Origin: Octopus bimaculoides | Taxonomy: Eukaryota | NCBI RefSeq assembly: GCF_001194135.2 | Contig: NC_068991.1 | Location: forward strand, 77,896,504-77,960,503 | Direction: 5' to 3' | DNA length: 64,000 bases | Part shown: piece by piece, positions 61,040 through 64,000 of the stretch | Position numbering within the stretch: position 1 is the stretch's first letter | Layout: the number at the start of each line of letters is the position of its first letter | The notes under the pieces: generated by a model | What the model was told of the DNA's origin: nothing | What the model saw: the letters and a program-made list of their open reading frames with translations, nothing else | The model's database searches: none | Program-made: the position numbers and the translations under genes

Positions 61040-61305
61040 AAACCTTGAATGAAAGAAAAAAAGTCCTTAAAGGAAAACGTTTTGCAGAAGTGGATGCAGT
61101 GAAGAAAAAAAAAAAAAAAACGACAGGCGTTACAAGGCATCACTTGGCAAGAGTTCCAGCATTCGTTCAAATAGTGGAAAACATGCCTGGACTGAGACAT
61201 TGCTTCAAATGGAGAATACTTTGAAGGCAACAAAAGTGTAAACATGTAAAACTAAATGAATTAAATAATATTATGAAATCCCAGTTTCTTTTGGGTCCCC
61301 CCTTG
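59985..61305 (+). mobile_element. Full-length (~1.32 kb) decayed Tc1/mariner element with a pseudogenised transposase (~60180-61243)
   Basis: TA flanks and degenerate ~27-bp TIRs. Motifs AKLVP.LLTEDQK (WVPHEL-like), VTTGDKCW, TMLICFIDAK.IVHTEF, PYSLNLAPCNFF (YSPDLAPCDF-like), LKGKRF and GEYFEG. Many stops and frameshifts. Confidence 0.92.
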
Positions 61306-64000
61306 TATATATGTGTATTCTTTGTAGGCTGGATTTAGCAGCATTCTGGTCAGGTTTTTAAAGAATCAAGGAAATTGAACTTAAAACAAAACAGTGAGAC
61401 TTAAAAATTATATACATTTTTATTACATAGATGTGAGTAAAGATACTTTTTAACATTTTTATTGCCTTTTAAATAGAGACAACTATTTCAAGTCTTTCGT
61501 GTGGGGGGTGGGGGGACTGTCAAAGATGTTATGAAATTACCTTAAGAGTCAAGCATTTGTGAGGTATTTTCTCGTGTTCTTTTACATCTTTTTCTTCCAT
61601 GCTAAACAGGAGTTAGATGAATATATTTAAACATCTTTGGTATAAATTAAAATATAAGACAGCCAACTGGTGACCTTTTAGAAAAAAAAGATGAATATGT
61701 CAACAAGATTATGTATATATATATGTGCAGGAGGACACCTAAGAGTCGTGACCTAAGGTGGGCCAAGCTCCCTCACAGAACTAATAGGCCAAAACATTTG
61801 TTTGACGAGAGTCCTTCCTCTCTAGGTTTCTCCTGTTATCCACTCACCCCGTAGCGAGTTTCCACATATGTATATATATACATATATATATATATATGTA
61901 TGAAACGGAATCCAACTCAACTGTGAAGCAGAACTGGCTTTAAGAAATTAATAGATTTTTCTGGATTTTTTTGTTTAATTTATAGAAAGCCAAAAGCAAA
62001 TTTATTTTTGTTGCAAAAAGTCATTTCATATGTACAAAATATATATATATATATATATATAGATATATATATATTATATAAAGGAGAAAAGTTGTATTAA
62101 AATATGCAATGAATATATTTTGCAAAAATTTCAAATGACACTTCAAAAAGATTCAGAATAGATTTCTGGAAATTTCATAAAATTGTGTTTAGTTTTAGTG
62201 TTTGCATTTCAACAAATAATGTATTCATTTTAAAACTCATGATAGTCTTGCAATATATTTTAAAATGATATTAATTAAAATAAACTAAACTAAAAAAATT
62301 AAATGTAAATTATTGAAAATTTTAAGTTGAAAAATAATTAAAAAATAAATTTTTTAAATTGCCATTTTGTTAGACAAAAAAAAAATCAAAATCTTTAATT
62401 TCTGAAGTGTTAGAGTGAAAAAGGATAGTTTGGTAGGATTTAGTACTTATTTTGGCAAACTGGAGATTAAAATCAAATAATTTGAAAGATTAAAGAATTT
62501 CAGAAATGTCACTAGAATACAAAGGTAAATGAGGGGAGGGGTGGTGGGAATATAAGCAAAATTATTTAAATAGTTAATGTAATTAGTACTTGATAATATC
62601 CTGGTTTAAACTGGATACAAAACTTGAATCTTTTAAAAATGAAGATTTTAGAAAACACAAAATGATTAGGAGTTAATGTTTAACCCTTTTGACTCCCAAC
62701 TTTAACTGCTCCTCCACCACCTCTTTCTATGATGCACATTTCCTATTCTAAAGTGAACAAAATCAAAACTTCTTGCTAATCCATTTTCTAAGCACCAGAT
62801 TAATAACAGCAAAATTTTACCTAATTAAAATAAAGGCAGTGTATGACAATAGAAATTATGGTAAGAAAAGGGTCAACTTCAATTTGGTGCTAATCAAGAA
62901 GGAAACACAAAAAAAAAAGACTGGATGAGATTAGCAAGATTAATATTTGGATATATTATTAGGACCTAGATTATTGGATCTTAACTATTTATTTTATCTA
63001 TTGGCCCTTTATTTTATCTATGGGCCCTCCAGAGCTGTTCCATGTTTAAAAACTAGCTCTATCGATACTTCTTTCAGAATTCCTGTTTTGTTTTCCACCC
63101 ATTCCCTTGTGTATGTCTGCGACAGAACTCTCTAAGAGAACCTGTTTCAGTGACTGGAACGATGCTGAGCTGTGCAAAACAGCTGAGAAAAATCTAGTTG
63201 CTTCATGTCAGCACGGAAAACAGGAGCTAAATGAAGATATCGAAAGCAAAAGGTTTCCATGGACCCTTCAAGTGCTACTATGGAAACTACAATTTACTAT
63301 TTCACATGTATGAACCCTTGAAAATCTTATTTGGAACCCCTGTGGTCATGTGGAACAACCATTCTAGATTACTCTCATGAATGGATAGCAGTTCAGAATT
63401 TCCTACAAGTTTTCAGCTGTTTAATTAAATGAATTAATTACCCAAGAGTTAAGCATGAGGTACTTTTTATATCGTTCAATCCTTTTTTTTCCATTCTAAA
63501 CACAGTAAGCGGCTGAGCATTCCATAGACTTGTATACCCTAAACAACTTTCAGGTGAATTCAGTGCCCCTTTGAATTACAAGGGCAATCCATTCAGCAGG
63601 CTTCCACACAGTCTCCATCTACAACCAAATTTTACTTGGAAGGTATGATTTCACTCAGAGGTATAGCAAGACCCCCAAAATGCAAAATAGTGGGATTAAG
63701 TCAGAGACCTTGCAAGTGAAAAGGGAACATTTTTTAACCCTCTGGCCACACTGAAATTACAAAGAGTCATTGTGTGTGTTACCATTTTGTCTTTTTCTTA
63801 TCACAGTATACCATATTATTCAAAGTGTCCTATGCTAGTTAAAATATGACTTGGCTACCGTTTTTAACATATCAAGAAACTGCAGAGGTTCTCTTGTTGG
63901 TTTAAAATGTTTAAAGTACATACCTAAAGTACAAATGGCTTAGCCAAAACTTCCATCCTTCAGATAACAACCCATCTAAAAACCTCCCTGGTCCTAAGAC

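Noticed and set aside
63090-63313. 68-aa ORF (MCMSATELSKRT...) in a slightly CpG-richer patch
   Set aside because: No recognisable homology or convincing splice context. It could be a UTR or regulatory piece of a neighbouring gene but cannot be supported.

Overview
AT-rich animal genomic DNA from a draft assembly with five N gaps (3379-3388, 8418-8447, 10142-10670, 16786-16908, 25511-25520). The repeat content looks like that of an octopus or other coleoid cephalopod (inference from pattern recognition, not a database search). One gene dominates the + strand: PSME4 (PA200/Blm10, proteasome activator subunit 4). I traced 39 GT-AG coding exons from 691 to 56055. They total 4812 nt (1603 aa plus TGA), stay in one uninterrupted frame and end in ...VSPNYYA*. 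The first ~250 residues lie upstream of the window. Introns and the 3' flank are full of RTE-type LINE pieces (including an open RT segment at 2-211 that the ORF track missed), tRNA-headed SINEs, an internally deleted piggyBac, a full-length decayed mariner, several MITEs and microsatellites. Almost all other ORFs in the track are repeat or microsatellite noise. I found no convincing new multi-gene system. The best second-look items are: (1) a four-fold duplicated splice acceptor in front of exon w33, with one in-frame alternative; (2) substitution of residues of the proposed acetyl-lysine-binding 'BRDL' site of PA200; (3) a LINE whose 3' UTR carries an expanding ~60-bp tandem array; (4) module-swapping SINEs; (5) a 94-bp segment duplicated in adjacent introns; (6) a CpG-dense island in intron w4. 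Comparisons with human PA200 use the sequence as I recall it and need a real alignment.
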